IMG/VR virus record: IMGVR_UViG_3300030328_001585
Source of the DNA: an uncultured virus (IMG/VR IMGVR_UViG_3300030328_001585)
Lineage: Duplodnaviria; Heunggongvirae; Uroviricota; Caudoviricetes
Reading direction: 5' to 3' (one strand)
DNA length: 64,000 bases
Shown here: piece by piece, positions 38,311 through 48,400 of the stretch
Layout of the letters: the number at the start of each line of letters is the position of its first letter
Numbering within the stretch: position 1 is the stretch's first letter
The notes under the pieces: model-generated
Told to the model about the DNA's origin: nothing
Databases searched by the model: none
The model's input: only the letters and a program-made list of their open reading frames with translations
Translations under genes and position numbers: made by a program

Positions 38311-38994
38311 ATGGCACAAAGCATATTAGTAATTGCTGATTCAGGAACAGGAAAGTCCACCTCAATCAGAACATTAGAACCCAAAGAGACTTTCATTATT
38401 AACATTGCAAATAAACCTTTACCTTTTAAGGGTTATAAGAGTAAGTATACTCAGATATCAAAAGATAATCCTAAAGGAAATATAACTTCAGCAGCCAGTG
38501 CGGCTGGAATTATTAAGGCAATGAAACATGTTGATGAAAAAATGCCACACATCAAGACACTAGTTGTAGATGATTGGCAATATATGAGTTCTTTTGAATA
38601 TTTTGAGAGAGCTAATGAAAAAGGTTATGATAAGTTCACTCAGATTGCAGCAAACTTAGCTCACGTAGCTAAGATGCCTAAAGATATGAGAGAAGACTTA
38701 ACTATAATTTTTCTAACTCACTCAGAAGATTCAACAGATATTAATGGAAATAGAAAAGTTAAAGCAAAGACTATTGGTAAAATGATTGACAATACTCTAA
38801 CTTTAGAAGGACTATTCTCTATTGTCTTATTTGGTAAAGTAAATAAAAATGATGATGGTGAACTAATCTATGGTTTTGAAACGCAAAATAATGGAGAGAA
38901 CACATGTAAATCACCTATGGGTATGTTTGAGGAAAAGTTTATCCCTAATGACCTAGCGTATGTAAAAGATTGCATACAAAAATATGAAGAATAA
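38311..38994 (+). CDS. AAA_24 / Sak4-like P-loop ATPase (crAss-like)
   Basis: ADSGTGKST, VVDD and 'CKSPMGMF...IPNDL'. Confidence 0.85.
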   Translation: MAQSILVIADSGTGKSTSIRTLEPKETFIINIANKPLPFKGYKSKYTQISKDNPKGNITSAASAAGIIKAMKHVDEKMPHIKTLVVDDWQYMSSFEYFERANEKGYDKFTQIAANLAHVAKMPKDMREDLTIIFLTHSEDSTDINGNRKVKAKTIGKMIDNTLTLEGLFSIVLFGKVNKNDDGELIYGFETQNNGENTCKSPMGMFEEKFIPNDLAYVKDCIQKYEE

Positions 38995-39020
38995 TAATTA
39001 ATCAATTAAAAAAAGAAACT

Positions 39021-39695
39021 ATGTTAAATACTAAAGACATGTCTGTAGGATCAGGCAGCATTAAACCAGTAATTGGAGTTGGTAACCATAAAGTAAAAAT
39101 CAATTCAATTACATTTGACCAAACACCATATGACGCAGATGCATATAATGTTATGTTACATGTAGAGTCAGAGCCAGTAGATGGAGAATTCAATGGATTC
39201 TTAAAAGATATGAATAAGCCTGATGGACCACGTTATGAAGGTCAAGTTGGCAGAGTAAGATTCTCACCTTATCCTTATAAAGATACTGTATTACAAAATG
39301 GTAATGAAATAAAAAGAGATAATGAAGTATTAAAAGCTATGGTATATTTAGCTGAGGTTGTTGATAGAAGAGCAGAACTAGATAAGATTGAAGCTCAAAC
39401 AATTGAAGCATTTATGACTAAGTGTAATGAAGTATTATCTAATACCGGATATGTTAACGCATGTCTAGGGGGCCGTGAATGGGAAAATAAAGAAGGTTAT
39501 GTAAATAATGATTTATTCTTACCAAAAATGAGCAAAGAAGGTATACCTTTAGAAGCTGTTGACACAGAGAATTCTAGACTACTAGTTTTTGATAAAGGAA
39601 ATACTCAACATTTTAGACCATTAGTTAAGAAAGAAGCAGCCACAACTACAAGCTTTGAACCAGCTGCAGCTAGTGGTGATGATTTTGATTTGTAG
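39021..39695 (+). CDS. Putative single-stranded DNA-binding protein
   Basis: Follows the Sak4-like ATPase; acidic C-terminal tip GDDFDL. Confidence 0.6.
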   Translation: MLNTKDMSVGSGSIKPVIGVGNHKVKINSITFDQTPYDADAYNVMLHVESEPVDGEFNGFLKDMNKPDGPRYEGQVGRVRFSPYPYKDTVLQNGNEIKRDNEVLKAMVYLAEVVDRRAELDKIEAQTIEAFMTKCNEVLSNTGYVNACLGGREWENKEGYVNNDLFLPKMSKEGIPLEAVDTENSRLLVFDKGNTQHFRPLVKKEAATTTSFEPAAASGDDFDL

Positions 39696-39712
39696 TAATT
39701 TTGTGTGAAGCC

Positions 39713-39772
39713 AAAAAGGGAGACAGGTTCAATTTAGTTTTTAGAGTAGTATCATAACTGTCTCCCTTTTTT
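39713..39772 (+). terminator. Terminator-like hairpin with an unusually long 31-nt loop
   Basis: AAAAAGGGAGACAG/CTGTCTCCCTTTTT 14-bp stem. Confidence 0.6.
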
Positions 39773-39793
39773 CACTAACTTAATAATATTATC

Positions 39794-39970
39794 ATGGCCG
39801 GATTTATAGAATTTAATGTAGTATGCCCTGACTGCAAAGAAAAAACAGGTATATTAGATGTTGGAAAAGACTATGAAGATTATAAATGTACTAATGATGA
39901 TTGTAATTATTCTCATTCATTTGAATTACCAGATTTTGAATGGATCAGAGAAGTTAATCAATCAAGATAA
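39794..39970 (+). CDS. Small zinc-ribbon protein (58 aa)
   Basis: MAGFIEFNVVCPDC...YKCTNDDC...; its stop overlaps the primase ATG. Confidence 0.65.
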   Translation: MAGFIEFNVVCPDCKEKTGILDVGKDYEDYKCTNDDCNYSHSFELPDFEWIREVNQSR

Positions 39971-40944
39971 TGTTTAGTACTAAAAATCTAGTTCTTAATC
40001 CTTCAGACGTACCAAGTTATTGGGTATTTCAATATTATTTAAACTTATCAGAACCCTTAATAGGACAGGATATAAAAATTAAATCAATTTTTAATCCTTT
40101 AGAAAAGACACCTAGCTTTTGTGTGTATGTAGACAAGTCTGTTATGCAGTACAAATTCAAAGACTTTTCAACCGGTAAGAGTGGGACCAAAGTAGATCTA
40201 GTTAAACTAATGTTTAATATAGATTTTCCTACAGCCTCTAGAAAAATAATAAATGACTATAATGCATATGTGAAAACATCTGATTTTAAAACTCAGACTT
40301 TTAAAGCACAACCTAAATGGGAGGTGCAATTTATAAAAGAGACTGAGTGGACAGAAGCAGATGCTTCATTTTGGTTACAATTTAATATTGGGAAAAAGAT
40401 GTTAGAAAAATATAACGTTAAACCAATTGAATATTATAACCTAGTTAAAGAAGAAAATTATAAGATTAAAAGTCTAAAGATAGAGGGAAGATACATGTAT
40501 GGATACTATGATAAAGAAGATAAGGTATATAAAATATACCAACCTTATAGTAAACATAAATTCCATAAAGTATCTAATCATCTCCAGGGATATGATCAAT
40601 TAAAATATGATCAACCTTATCTTATAATATGTTCATCTCTTAAAGATGCAATGTGTCTTGCTAGCATTGGCTATAATATAGAAACTATAGCACCAGATAG
40701 TGAGAATACTATGATTAAACCGCATGTAATAGAATACCTTAAAAAGAAATATAAAAAGGTTATAACTCTTTTAGATAATGATGAGGCCGGAATCAAAGCT
40801 ATGGATAAATATAAATCTGTATATAAGATTGATGGTCTAGTATTACCTATATGTAAAGACATTTCAGATGCAGTAAAGAAGTTGGGAGTTAAACAAGTTC
40901 ATACAAATCTGAAACCTTTATTAAAAGATATACTAAATAAATAA
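39970..40944 (+). CDS. DNA primase (TOPRIM, crAss-like)
   Basis: 'EKTPSF...FKDFSTG', 'SSLKDAM', 'LDNDEAG' and 'KDISD'. Confidence 0.85.
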   Translation: MFSTKNLVLNPSDVPSYWVFQYYLNLSEPLIGQDIKIKSIFNPLEKTPSFCVYVDKSVMQYKFKDFSTGKSGTKVDLVKLMFNIDFPTASRKIINDYNAYVKTSDFKTQTFKAQPKWEVQFIKETEWTEADASFWLQFNIGKKMLEKYNVKPIEYYNLVKEENYKIKSLKIEGRYMYGYYDKEDKVYKIYQPYSKHKFHKVSNHLQGYDQLKYDQPYLIICSSLKDAMCLASIGYNIETIAPDSENTMIKPHVIEYLKKKYKKVITLLDNDEAGIKAMDKYKSVYKIDGLVLPICKDISDAVKKLGVKQVHTNLKPLLKDILNK

Positions 40945-40946
40945 TT

Positions 40947-41342
40947 ATGATGAAACATAGATGGTTTATACCGGGGAATGTACCCAGTAGTAAGAATGGA
41001 AGGAGATGGACAGGTAAATACTTTATTGCTAGCAAAGCTGTAATGAATTACAGAAAAGCTACCAAAGAATATTATACTAAATATGCAGAAGACTTTAAAG
41101 CTGAAGTTGCTAAACAAAAGCTACCTGTAAAAGTATCTTTTGAATTCATCAGAGGATCTAGACATAAGTTTGATTATATTAATCCTGCACAGACAGTACA
41201 AGATGATATGGTTAAGCACGGATGGATTGAAGATGATAATGCTGAATTTATTATACCTGCCTTTACTCAATATATATATGATAAAAAAAATCCAGGAGTA
41301 TGGATAGAATTAATAATGGAAAATAATGAAGAAGAAATCTAG
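40947..41342 (+). CDS. RusA-like Holliday junction resolvase
   Basis: 'GNVPSSKN', 'DYINPAQTVQD' and 'IEDDN' acidic motifs. Confidence 0.75.
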   Translation: MMKHRWFIPGNVPSSKNGRRWTGKYFIASKAVMNYRKATKEYYTKYAEDFKAEVAKQKLPVKVSFEFIRGSRHKFDYINPAQTVQDDMVKHGWIEDDNAEFIIPAFTQYIYDKKNPGVWIELIMENNEEEI

Positions 41343-41694
41343 AGACATAATAACAGTTGATGAATTCTTTACACTAAGAGATATGTTTAGTGGTAATGAA
41401 GAAGATGCGGCAGTTGCAATAGAAATATATAAGAATAAATATGGATTGGATCAAAAAATATTAAACAGACTAATGTGCAAAGCTCTAAACTTTGAAGATA
41501 GAGTTAAGTTCTCAATTGCTGTACAATATTCGTTTGAAATTGGAGGTAAAGCATATAAAAATCATCCTCTAGATTCTGACATGATTACAACCCGGATATT
41601 TGCTTATATAGATCATCACAAACTAGATGACATCTATAAAGAAATACTAAATAAAATATCAAATAAAAATAAAGATGATACAAATACAAGATAG
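41326..41694 (+). CDS. Hypothetical helical protein sharing a motif with 44117-45166 and 45159-46331
   Basis: ITVDEFFTLRDMFSGNEEDAAVAIEI. Confidence 0.7.
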   Translation: MKKKSRDIITVDEFFTLRDMFSGNEEDAAVAIEIYKNKYGLDQKILNRLMCKALNFEDRVKFSIAVQYSFEIGGKAYKNHPLDSDMITTRIFAYIDHHKLDDIYKEILNKISNKNKDDTNTR

Positions 41695-42835
41695 TGTTGC
41701 TAAAACAACCAAAACATTAATATTTACAGAGCCTTTTTATGGGCTCTTTTTAATTGGTATCAACAAGAAATATAGTTTACAAATTCCAACAGCTGGAGTA
41801 AGTAAACATAATGTTGGTGTTCAATTAACTATAAATCCTGAGTTCTATATGGAGCTAAGCCCTGATCATAGGTTAGGACTTATTAAACATGAACTATTAC
41901 ACTTAGCTTTTGGACATTTAGTTTTAAGAACTAGCTTTTCTGATAAAAGATTATTCAATATTGCTGCAGATCTAGAGATCAATCAGTATATAGGGTCTAA
42001 ATATTTACCAGATGGAGGATTATTACTGGAAAGTTTTCCTGAATTAAATCTTCCTAGAAAGGCTGGTACTACTGAATACTATAGACTTTTAAAAGAAGCT
42101 AAAGAAGATGGAACATCTCCAACATTAAATTCATTAATGAGTGAAATGGATGGTTCTACACCATACTGTCATACTTCATGGGATGAGTTCAATGAGTTAT
42201 CAGAAGCAGATAAAAAGTTAGTTCAAAAACAAATTGAACATCAACTAAAAGAAAGTGCTGAACAAACTATAAAAAAATGTGGTAGCATTCCGGGAGAACT
42301 TTCAGATATTATAGATGCATTATTAAATCTTGAACCTCCTAAATTTGATTGGAAAGGTTACCTTAGAAGATTTGTTGGAAACTCTAGCATTATATTTACT
42401 AAAAAATTAAGACGTAAATATAATAAAAGATATAGTGGTAATCCGGGATTAAAGATAAAACATAAAAATCATATTTTAGTGGGTGTAGATACATCCGGTT
42501 CAGTTAATAATGATGAACTTAAAGAATTTCATAGTGAATTATGCCATATGCATAAGACTGGACATAAAATAACAGTAGCACAGTGTGATACTAGCTTGGG
42601 TTCTGTAAAAGAATTCAATCCCAAAAGAGAATGGGAAATACATGGCCGTGGTGGGACAAGCTTTCAACCGGTCATAGATCATTATAATCAAAAAGGGTTT
42701 TATACAGCCCTTATATATTTAACAGATGGTGAAGCATATACTCCAGAGAACTGCCCAAGAAATACCTTATGGTGTTTAAGCAGCATCTCAGACATGAATG
42801 ATGATTTACCAGGAAAAGTAATAAAATTTAATTAA
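41675..42835 (+). CDS. DUF2201-type metallopeptidase plus VWA domain protein
   Basis: HELLH, NIAADLEIN, MIDAS DTSGS, GRGGTSF and LTDG motifs. Confidence 0.9.
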   Translation: MIQIQDSVAKTTKTLIFTEPFYGLFLIGINKKYSLQIPTAGVSKHNVGVQLTINPEFYMELSPDHRLGLIKHELLHLAFGHLVLRTSFSDKRLFNIAADLEINQYIGSKYLPDGGLLLESFPELNLPRKAGTTEYYRLLKEAKEDGTSPTLNSLMSEMDGSTPYCHTSWDEFNELSEADKKLVQKQIEHQLKESAEQTIKKCGSIPGELSDIIDALLNLEPPKFDWKGYLRRFVGNSSIIFTKKLRRKYNKRYSGNPGLKIKHKNHILVGVDTSGSVNNDELKEFHSELCHMHKTGHKITVAQCDTSLGSVKEFNPKREWEIHGRGGTSFQPVIDHYNQKGFYTALIYLTDGEAYTPENCPRNTLWCLSSISDMNDDLPGKVIKFN

Positions 42836-42843
42836 TAAAAAAA

Positions 42844-44115
42844 ATGGCACAAGTAAATTTAAATGTAACGGAATTAAAAGGATTCATTAATCATATCATA
42901 GATAATAATAGATTCTTACAAAAAGATAATAAGAATTCAGTATCTATTGAGGTAGTAGGTGAATCAGGAATAGGTAAAACTTCTAGTATCCTAGAACTAG
43001 CAGAAGAAAATAATTTAAACTTTGTAAAGCTAAACCTTGCACAAATTGAAGAGTTAGGAGATCTCGTAGGATTCCCTGTAAGACAATTTCAAATGTATAA
43101 GGAAAAAACCATAACAAATAAGATAGATAACTTAGCTATGGTAACTGCTACACAAAGAGCTGGTGCTAGTAGTCTAGCTAATCTAACCACAAGTACTACA
43201 ACAAAAAAAGTTGGAATGTGGGTAGATGAACTTGCCGTACAAGAGTATCTAAAGAATGGATATAAAATGACGGGTAAGAACAGAATGTCTTATTGTGCTC
43301 CTGAATGGATTGCAGATAAAAAAGAAGGAGGCATTCTATTACTAGATGACTGGAACAGAGCTGATATAAGATTTATACAAGCAGTAATGGAATTAGTAGA
43401 TAGACAAACTTATATCTCATGGAAGTTACCTAAAGATTGGCATATAATTTTAACTGCTAATCCAGATAATGGAGATTATATGGTCAACTCTATTGACTCT
43501 GCACAAAAAACTAGATATGTAACAGCTAATCTAAAATTTGATGTTAATGTATGGGCCCAGTGGGCAGAGGGTGCAGGTATTGATACTAGATGTATAAACT
43601 TCTTACTATTAAATCCAGAGTTAGTAACTCAAGAAACTAATGCAAGATCTATTACTACATTCTTTAACGCTATATCTAGCTTTGAATCTTTTGAAGATAA
43701 TCTTCCTATGATCCAAATGATTGGAGAAGGTAGTGTAGGAGATGCATTTGCATCTATGTTCACTACATTCATTAATAATAAGCTGGATAAACTTGTTACT
43801 CCTAAAGATTTATTGACACATGATAATGAACAATATATTTTAGGAGAACTAAGGAGTTGTATAGGTAAGGATGATACATATCGTGCAGATATTGCATCTA
43901 CATTAGCTACAAGACTAGGTAACTATGCAGTAGTATATTCTAAAGAGAATACTATTAATCAGAAAATTACAGATAGAGTTAAAGCTCTTTGTACTCTAGA
44001 TTATTTTACTAATGATTTACAGTACTTAATAGTAAGAACTATATTCACTGGAAATAAAGCAAAGTTTAATAAATTAATGATGATCCCTGAGATCATTAAA
44101 ATGACAATGAAATAA
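42844..44115 (+). CDS. MoxR-like AAA+ ATPase
   Basis: GESGIGKT, GDLVGFP, LLLDDWNRA, TANP and DSAQKTR. Confidence 0.9.
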   Translation: MAQVNLNVTELKGFINHIIDNNRFLQKDNKNSVSIEVVGESGIGKTSSILELAEENNLNFVKLNLAQIEELGDLVGFPVRQFQMYKEKTITNKIDNLAMVTATQRAGASSLANLTTSTTTKKVGMWVDELAVQEYLKNGYKMTGKNRMSYCAPEWIADKKEGGILLLDDWNRADIRFIQAVMELVDRQTYISWKLPKDWHIILTANPDNGDYMVNSIDSAQKTRYVTANLKFDVNVWAQWAEGAGIDTRCINFLLLNPELVTQETNARSITTFFNAISSFESFEDNLPMIQMIGEGSVGDAFASMFTTFINNKLDKLVTPKDLLTHDNEQYILGELRSCIGKDDTYRADIASTLATRLGNYAVVYSKENTINQKITDRVKALCTLDYFTNDLQYLIVRTIFTGNKAKFNKLMMIPEIIKMTMK

Positions 44116-44116
44116 A

Positions 44117-45166
44117 ATGGCAAATAAAACAGTATATCAAGATTTTGATACTGATGCCTTGGATTATTTTGGACTTGGAACGGATCCCATACACGGGGTC
44201 CTTTCCAATAACTCTATTCAAGATGTATTAGTAACTCAAGATGTAACAACTTTTAATAACATAAATGAAATATTAGCAAAGCCAACTATTAAAGGAAACC
44301 AATTAAGTAATTATAAAAAAGCATTTATATTACCTAATTGCAATGTTTCTGCAGATAGAATGAAGGCTGCTCTTAAAGAACATCAAATAACTGTAACCAA
44401 TGACTATGAGAAAGCTGACGTAATAGTAGGTCATCTTGCTATAGATGGAGGGACATTAGAAAATGGAATGAATATTCCTAGTAGTATCATGAAATGTAAA
44501 TTATGGAATTATGAATTAGCTGAGGGGTTATATTCTGCACCTGCTCCATCAGGCATTCTTACTCTAATTCAAAACTCTAATAGACATGTAATACTAACAA
44601 GGAAAATACTAGATACCATATCTTATTCTAAATTTGAACTAGGAGAAAATCTATATGATGTTTGGATGCTTACAGGGTTGGCTATTAACTTAGCTTGGAA
44701 AATTCAAATAGACAACTTAGCAGTTGTAGATGTTGAAACTGTCTTGCATAGTTCAGCAAATAAAGTTATCTTAGATGAGGAATTATTGGGAGATTTAAAA
44801 ACACAACATAGTTCTTATAATACGGAGGATAAAGAAATATTAGGAAAGATTGTTCCTACTATAGATTATACTCAAAACTATCATTTGTTATGGCAATTTT
44901 CACAAGATTGTTATAATATAGCAAGTAGATATAATAGAGATAAGGACATGCAATATTGGATTGGAGAGTCTAGGTTTGAGCAATTTACTCATATGGGTGC
45001 TGAAGAGATGATACTATGGTTAGAAGAAAATGATTTGCTTAATACAAAATCATTTAAATATTTAGAACCAATAGTAAGAAGTGAGATAAGAATACACAAC
45101 AGAGATCTTTATACTTTTAAAGTATCTGTTAAGAAAGAATATAAAAAATATTTAAAAAATGTATAA
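44117..45166 (+). CDS. Hypothetical protein with BRCT-like segment (paralog of the next gene)
   Basis: 'KAFILP...RMKAALKEHQITVTNDYEKADVIV' plus the shared helical motif. Confidence 0.7.
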   Translation: MANKTVYQDFDTDALDYFGLGTDPIHGVLSNNSIQDVLVTQDVTTFNNINEILAKPTIKGNQLSNYKKAFILPNCNVSADRMKAALKEHQITVTNDYEKADVIVGHLAIDGGTLENGMNIPSSIMKCKLWNYELAEGLYSAPAPSGILTLIQNSNRHVILTRKILDTISYSKFELGENLYDVWMLTGLAINLAWKIQIDNLAVVDVETVLHSSANKVILDEELLGDLKTQHSSYNTEDKEILGKIVPTIDYTQNYHLLWQFSQDCYNIASRYNRDKDMQYWIGESRFEQFTHMGAEEMILWLEENDLLNTKSFKYLEPIVRSEIRIHNRDLYTFKVSVKKEYKKYLKNV

Positions 45167-46331
45167 AAATTTTGAAGTAGAATTAGACATAAAAGACCCT
45201 GAAAAGTGGAAAGATGGTCATCTAACAGCTGATGCTATCAATATAAAAGAAAATGGTATATTTTTATTAAATACTGATTCGTGGTATTTAACAACAGAAG
45301 ATCTAGATATGTTAGGACTTAGTGTTAGTAATGATACTCCGTTAGATCTACAAGGGAAATCATTATATAGATATCCTAAATTAAGTTTACCTAGACAAAA
45401 GGTTGATTTATTAAAAGGATCTTATGATGTAAAGATAACCAGAAATAAAGATAAAGCAGATATCCATGTAGTATCTAAAAAACTTATAGAAAGTTTATTA
45501 GAATTTAAATGGACAGCTTCTCATACCAAAAGACAATTTTATGCTCTTATGATAGATCTTAGAGAAAATAATTTAATCTCTGAAGAATTTATAGCAGAAG
45601 TACGTAAGATTTTAGAAGAAAGTGATGGCTCAGATTATTTTAGACTAAATGTCCTTTATAGCTACAGAGATTACACTAAAGCTGAGGAGAAACTTATAAC
45701 TAAGTGTGAAGGAATTGTTGAAAATCATCAGAAGCTTACTAAACAAAGGTCTGCTGTTATAGAAAAGGATAAGAATGTTGAAATATATAAAAGTTTATCA
45801 GCTACCTCTGCTCAAATAGTTCTTGATACAGAAGTTAATAAAAAGATTAGTGAAAGCTTAACTACCTTAACAGAGGATGATTATCAAAACTTGGTAAATC
45901 AAATTAATAGTGGTAACATTGAAGATAGAAGTCTAGCTTTGGAATTAATGGCTAATTCTAACTATGAAGACAGCTATGATATATTAGCTGCTATATATTT
46001 CTTTAATTTTGATAAATGTAAGTGGACTAATAATTGGAATACAGTTAATATTAAAGGTTTTAGAAATAGATTTAAAGTTTTTGAAGGAGGTTGTCAGGAA
46101 AGTCATGGTCATACTTATAGTAGATTTATAAAACATTTAGTAAAAGAAGAGAAATTAACTGAATTTATAGTAAACTTGTGTAGAGAAAAAGTACATAAGA
46201 AAGTATTTCCAATGGCAGGTATATTTAAAGATGAAGGATTTTTTGTTAAATTAGAAGATATTCATATATCTGATCAATATAAAGACAAAATTAAAGTAGA
46301 TAACGTATCAAATGAATACATATGCACATAG
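45159..46331 (+). CDS. Hypothetical protein with BRCT-like segment (paralog of the previous gene)
   Basis: 'GKSLYRYP...RQKVDLLKGSYDVKITRNKDKADIHVV' plus the shared helical motif. Confidence 0.7.
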   Translation: MYKNFEVELDIKDPEKWKDGHLTADAINIKENGIFLLNTDSWYLTTEDLDMLGLSVSNDTPLDLQGKSLYRYPKLSLPRQKVDLLKGSYDVKITRNKDKADIHVVSKKLIESLLEFKWTASHTKRQFYALMIDLRENNLISEEFIAEVRKILEESDGSDYFRLNVLYSYRDYTKAEEKLITKCEGIVENHQKLTKQRSAVIEKDKNVEIYKSLSATSAQIVLDTEVNKKISESLTTLTEDDYQNLVNQINSGNIEDRSLALELMANSNYEDSYDILAAIYFFNFDKCKWTNNWNTVNIKGFRNRFKVFEGGCQESHGHTYSRFIKHLVKEEKLTEFIVNLCREKVHKKVFPMAGIFKDEGFFVKLEDIHISDQYKDKIKVDNVSNEYICT

Positions 46332-47314
46332 ATAAAAAGAAAGAGGAAGAGTTTTATTCAAATAAAGACTTTTGTTTTAGCTATTCCTCTTTAAATAAAT
46401 TATTATTTTCTCCTTATTTATTTTATAAGGATTATATACTACAGGATCGTGAGATTAAAACAGATAAGCATTTAATAGAAGGGAAGCTATTACATTGTAT
46501 GATGTTTGAACCAGAAAACTTTGATAAGAAATTTGAGCTGGTTCCTGAAAAACTCCCTAGTGATAATATACGTAAAGTACTTAAAGATATGTCTCATCAT
46601 ACAGATGTAGAAACACTTGCAGAGTGTGAAGACTTTATTATATTAGACTCACTAAAGTCTATGAATCTATATCAAACTTTAAAAGCTGATGAAGCTAGAG
46701 TAAAGAAAATAAAAACTCAAGAGGCAGAAATATATTGGAAGTTTTTAAATAATCAAGATAAAGATGTAATAGATAGAGATACATTTGAAAGAGTTGGTGT
46801 AAGTATAACTTATCTCAAAAATAATGAGGAGGTATTAGATTTACTAGTAAATGATGCACCAACAGACTTTGACTTAGATCCTATCTCAACATATAAAGAA
46901 GAATATCTAAAGTCAGAGTTAGTTGACTGTGACTTTGGTCTACATGGTTATGTAGATTTTTATAAAGTTGATAGTGATAAGAAAGAAGTTATCATATGTG
47001 ATTTAAAGACAACCGGTAAAACTGTTGTAGACTTTACAGAAACAATTGATTTCTATAATTATTGGTTACAAGCTGCTATTTATATGAAGCTTGTATATGA
47101 TACACTGGGTGATGATAGAGATGAATATAATATACAATTTAAATTTATTGTTATAGATAAATATTATCAAGTGTATGTATTTGATGTATCGGATAACACT
47201 ATAAATGATTGGGCCAATGGTTTAAACCAAGTTATTAATACTGCAAAATTTCATTATAATAGCAGAAATTATTCATTACCAATGAATATGTTAGTAAATA
47301 GAGTTAAATTATAG
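46322..47314 (+). CDS. PD-(D/E)XK exonuclease (RecE/ExoVIII, DUF3799-like)
   Basis: FSYSSL, GKLLHC, GYVD, DLKT and YWLQAAIY. Confidence 0.85.
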   Translation: MHIDKKKEEEFYSNKDFCFSYSSLNKLLFSPYLFYKDYILQDREIKTDKHLIEGKLLHCMMFEPENFDKKFELVPEKLPSDNIRKVLKDMSHHTDVETLAECEDFIILDSLKSMNLYQTLKADEARVKKIKTQEAEIYWKFLNNQDKDVIDRDTFERVGVSITYLKNNEEVLDLLVNDAPTDFDLDPISTYKEEYLKSELVDCDFGLHGYVDFYKVDSDKKEVIICDLKTTGKTVVDFTETIDFYNYWLQAAIYMKLVYDTLGDDRDEYNIQFKFIVIDKYYQVYVFDVSDNTINDWANGLNQVINTAKFHYNSRNYSLPMNMLVNRVKL

Positions 47315-47315
47315 T

Positions 47316-47897
47316 ATGGGGGAGGTATATACAGATTATTTTCAGAAGAGTAAAGTATTTCTTTATCCACTACTTAAGTTACAGAAGGGACTAGATTATG
47401 TTCCTTCTCAAACTTATTGTGGATGGGAAGACGTTTATGCACCTGAAGATAAGATGTTTCTGTGTGAGTATCATTCTAAAATGACAAATTCATTTGAAGA
47501 ATTTGCTACACAGTATTTAAACAATCACCCAATGTTTAGAGAACATATAAGCTTAGAAGAAGATAGACAATTATTTGTTTTTGATTTTTCAAGATTTACA
47601 TTTGATTGGAATAAATTTTTAAAAGGTTTATATTCTCAGTATAGTTTACCAGGAAAGATTAGTATCCTTGATTATTTTGATGCGTCTCAAAGCTCTAAAG
47701 AATATATTAAGGGTTTTCTATCCCCAGAAGATGTGCATGCAGATTATGCAAAAAAATTGGGAGTAGATTTAAAAACTATGAAAAAAGTCTATGAAGTTTG
47801 TAGTGCTCCTGACATGGAAAAAGAAATATTAGTTGATAATAATTATATTTTATATAAACTATTAAAAGAAAGTTCCATATATTTGTCAAATAAATAA
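47316..47897 (+). CDS. Hypothetical protein
   Basis: 193-aa ORF. Confidence 0.75.
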   Translation: MGEVYTDYFQKSKVFLYPLLKLQKGLDYVPSQTYCGWEDVYAPEDKMFLCEYHSKMTNSFEEFATQYLNNHPMFREHISLEEDRQLFVFDFSRFTFDWNKFLKGLYSQYSLPGKISILDYFDASQSSKEYIKGFLSPEDVHADYAKKLGVDLKTMKKVYEVCSAPDMEKEILVDNNYILYKLLKESSIYLSNK

Positions 47898-47903
47898 ATT
47901 AAT

Positions 47904-48320
47904 ATGGCACAAGTAGGACAATGCATGATGCTAGTTAACTCTAGCTTTAGAAATGCAAAATCATTTACACTTATACCAGTGAGCCAAGACTCACCATACG
48001 TAGAAGCTATGTTTGACCCAGCGTCAAGCATCTTAGCAGTGATCAGTAAAGTAATGAAACAATCATATCACATGGTACCTAAACTTGATGATGAAGGTCA
48101 ACCACAAAGGTTAAAGAAACCAAATCCTCAGACAGGTAAAACACATAAAGAAGAAAGAAGGTTAGTGGATACTTTCTCAGAATTCTATTTAAGTGATAAA
48201 AGTGATATAGAAACTTTCATTCATATGTTTGCAGTTAATGCAGACACTTTTGATTACAAACAATATTTTGTAGACGTTAAGGAAACCAAGACGTCTCCAA
48301 TTATATTACCTGGTCAGTAG
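47904..48320 (+). CDS. Hypothetical protein
   Basis: 138-aa ORF with TATATTTG at 47878-47885 upstream. Confidence 0.75.
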   Translation: MAQVGQCMMLVNSSFRNAKSFTLIPVSQDSPYVEAMFDPASSILAVISKVMKQSYHMVPKLDDEGQPQRLKKPNPQTGKTHKEERRLVDTFSEFYLSDKSDIETFIHMFAVNADTFDYKQYFVDVKETKTSPIILPGQ

Positions 48321-48350
48321 GAATTCCACACTGTTGACTATTAAAAAAAG

Positions 48351-48375
48351 AAGCCTATTGACGTAGGCTTTTTTT
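48351..48375 (+). terminator. Intrinsic terminator (possibly bidirectional)
   Basis: AAGCCTA-TTGACG-TAGGCTT-TTTTT with an upstream A-tract. Confidence 0.75.
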
Positions 48376-48400
48376 GGCACCATAACTAAAAAATGTAAGA

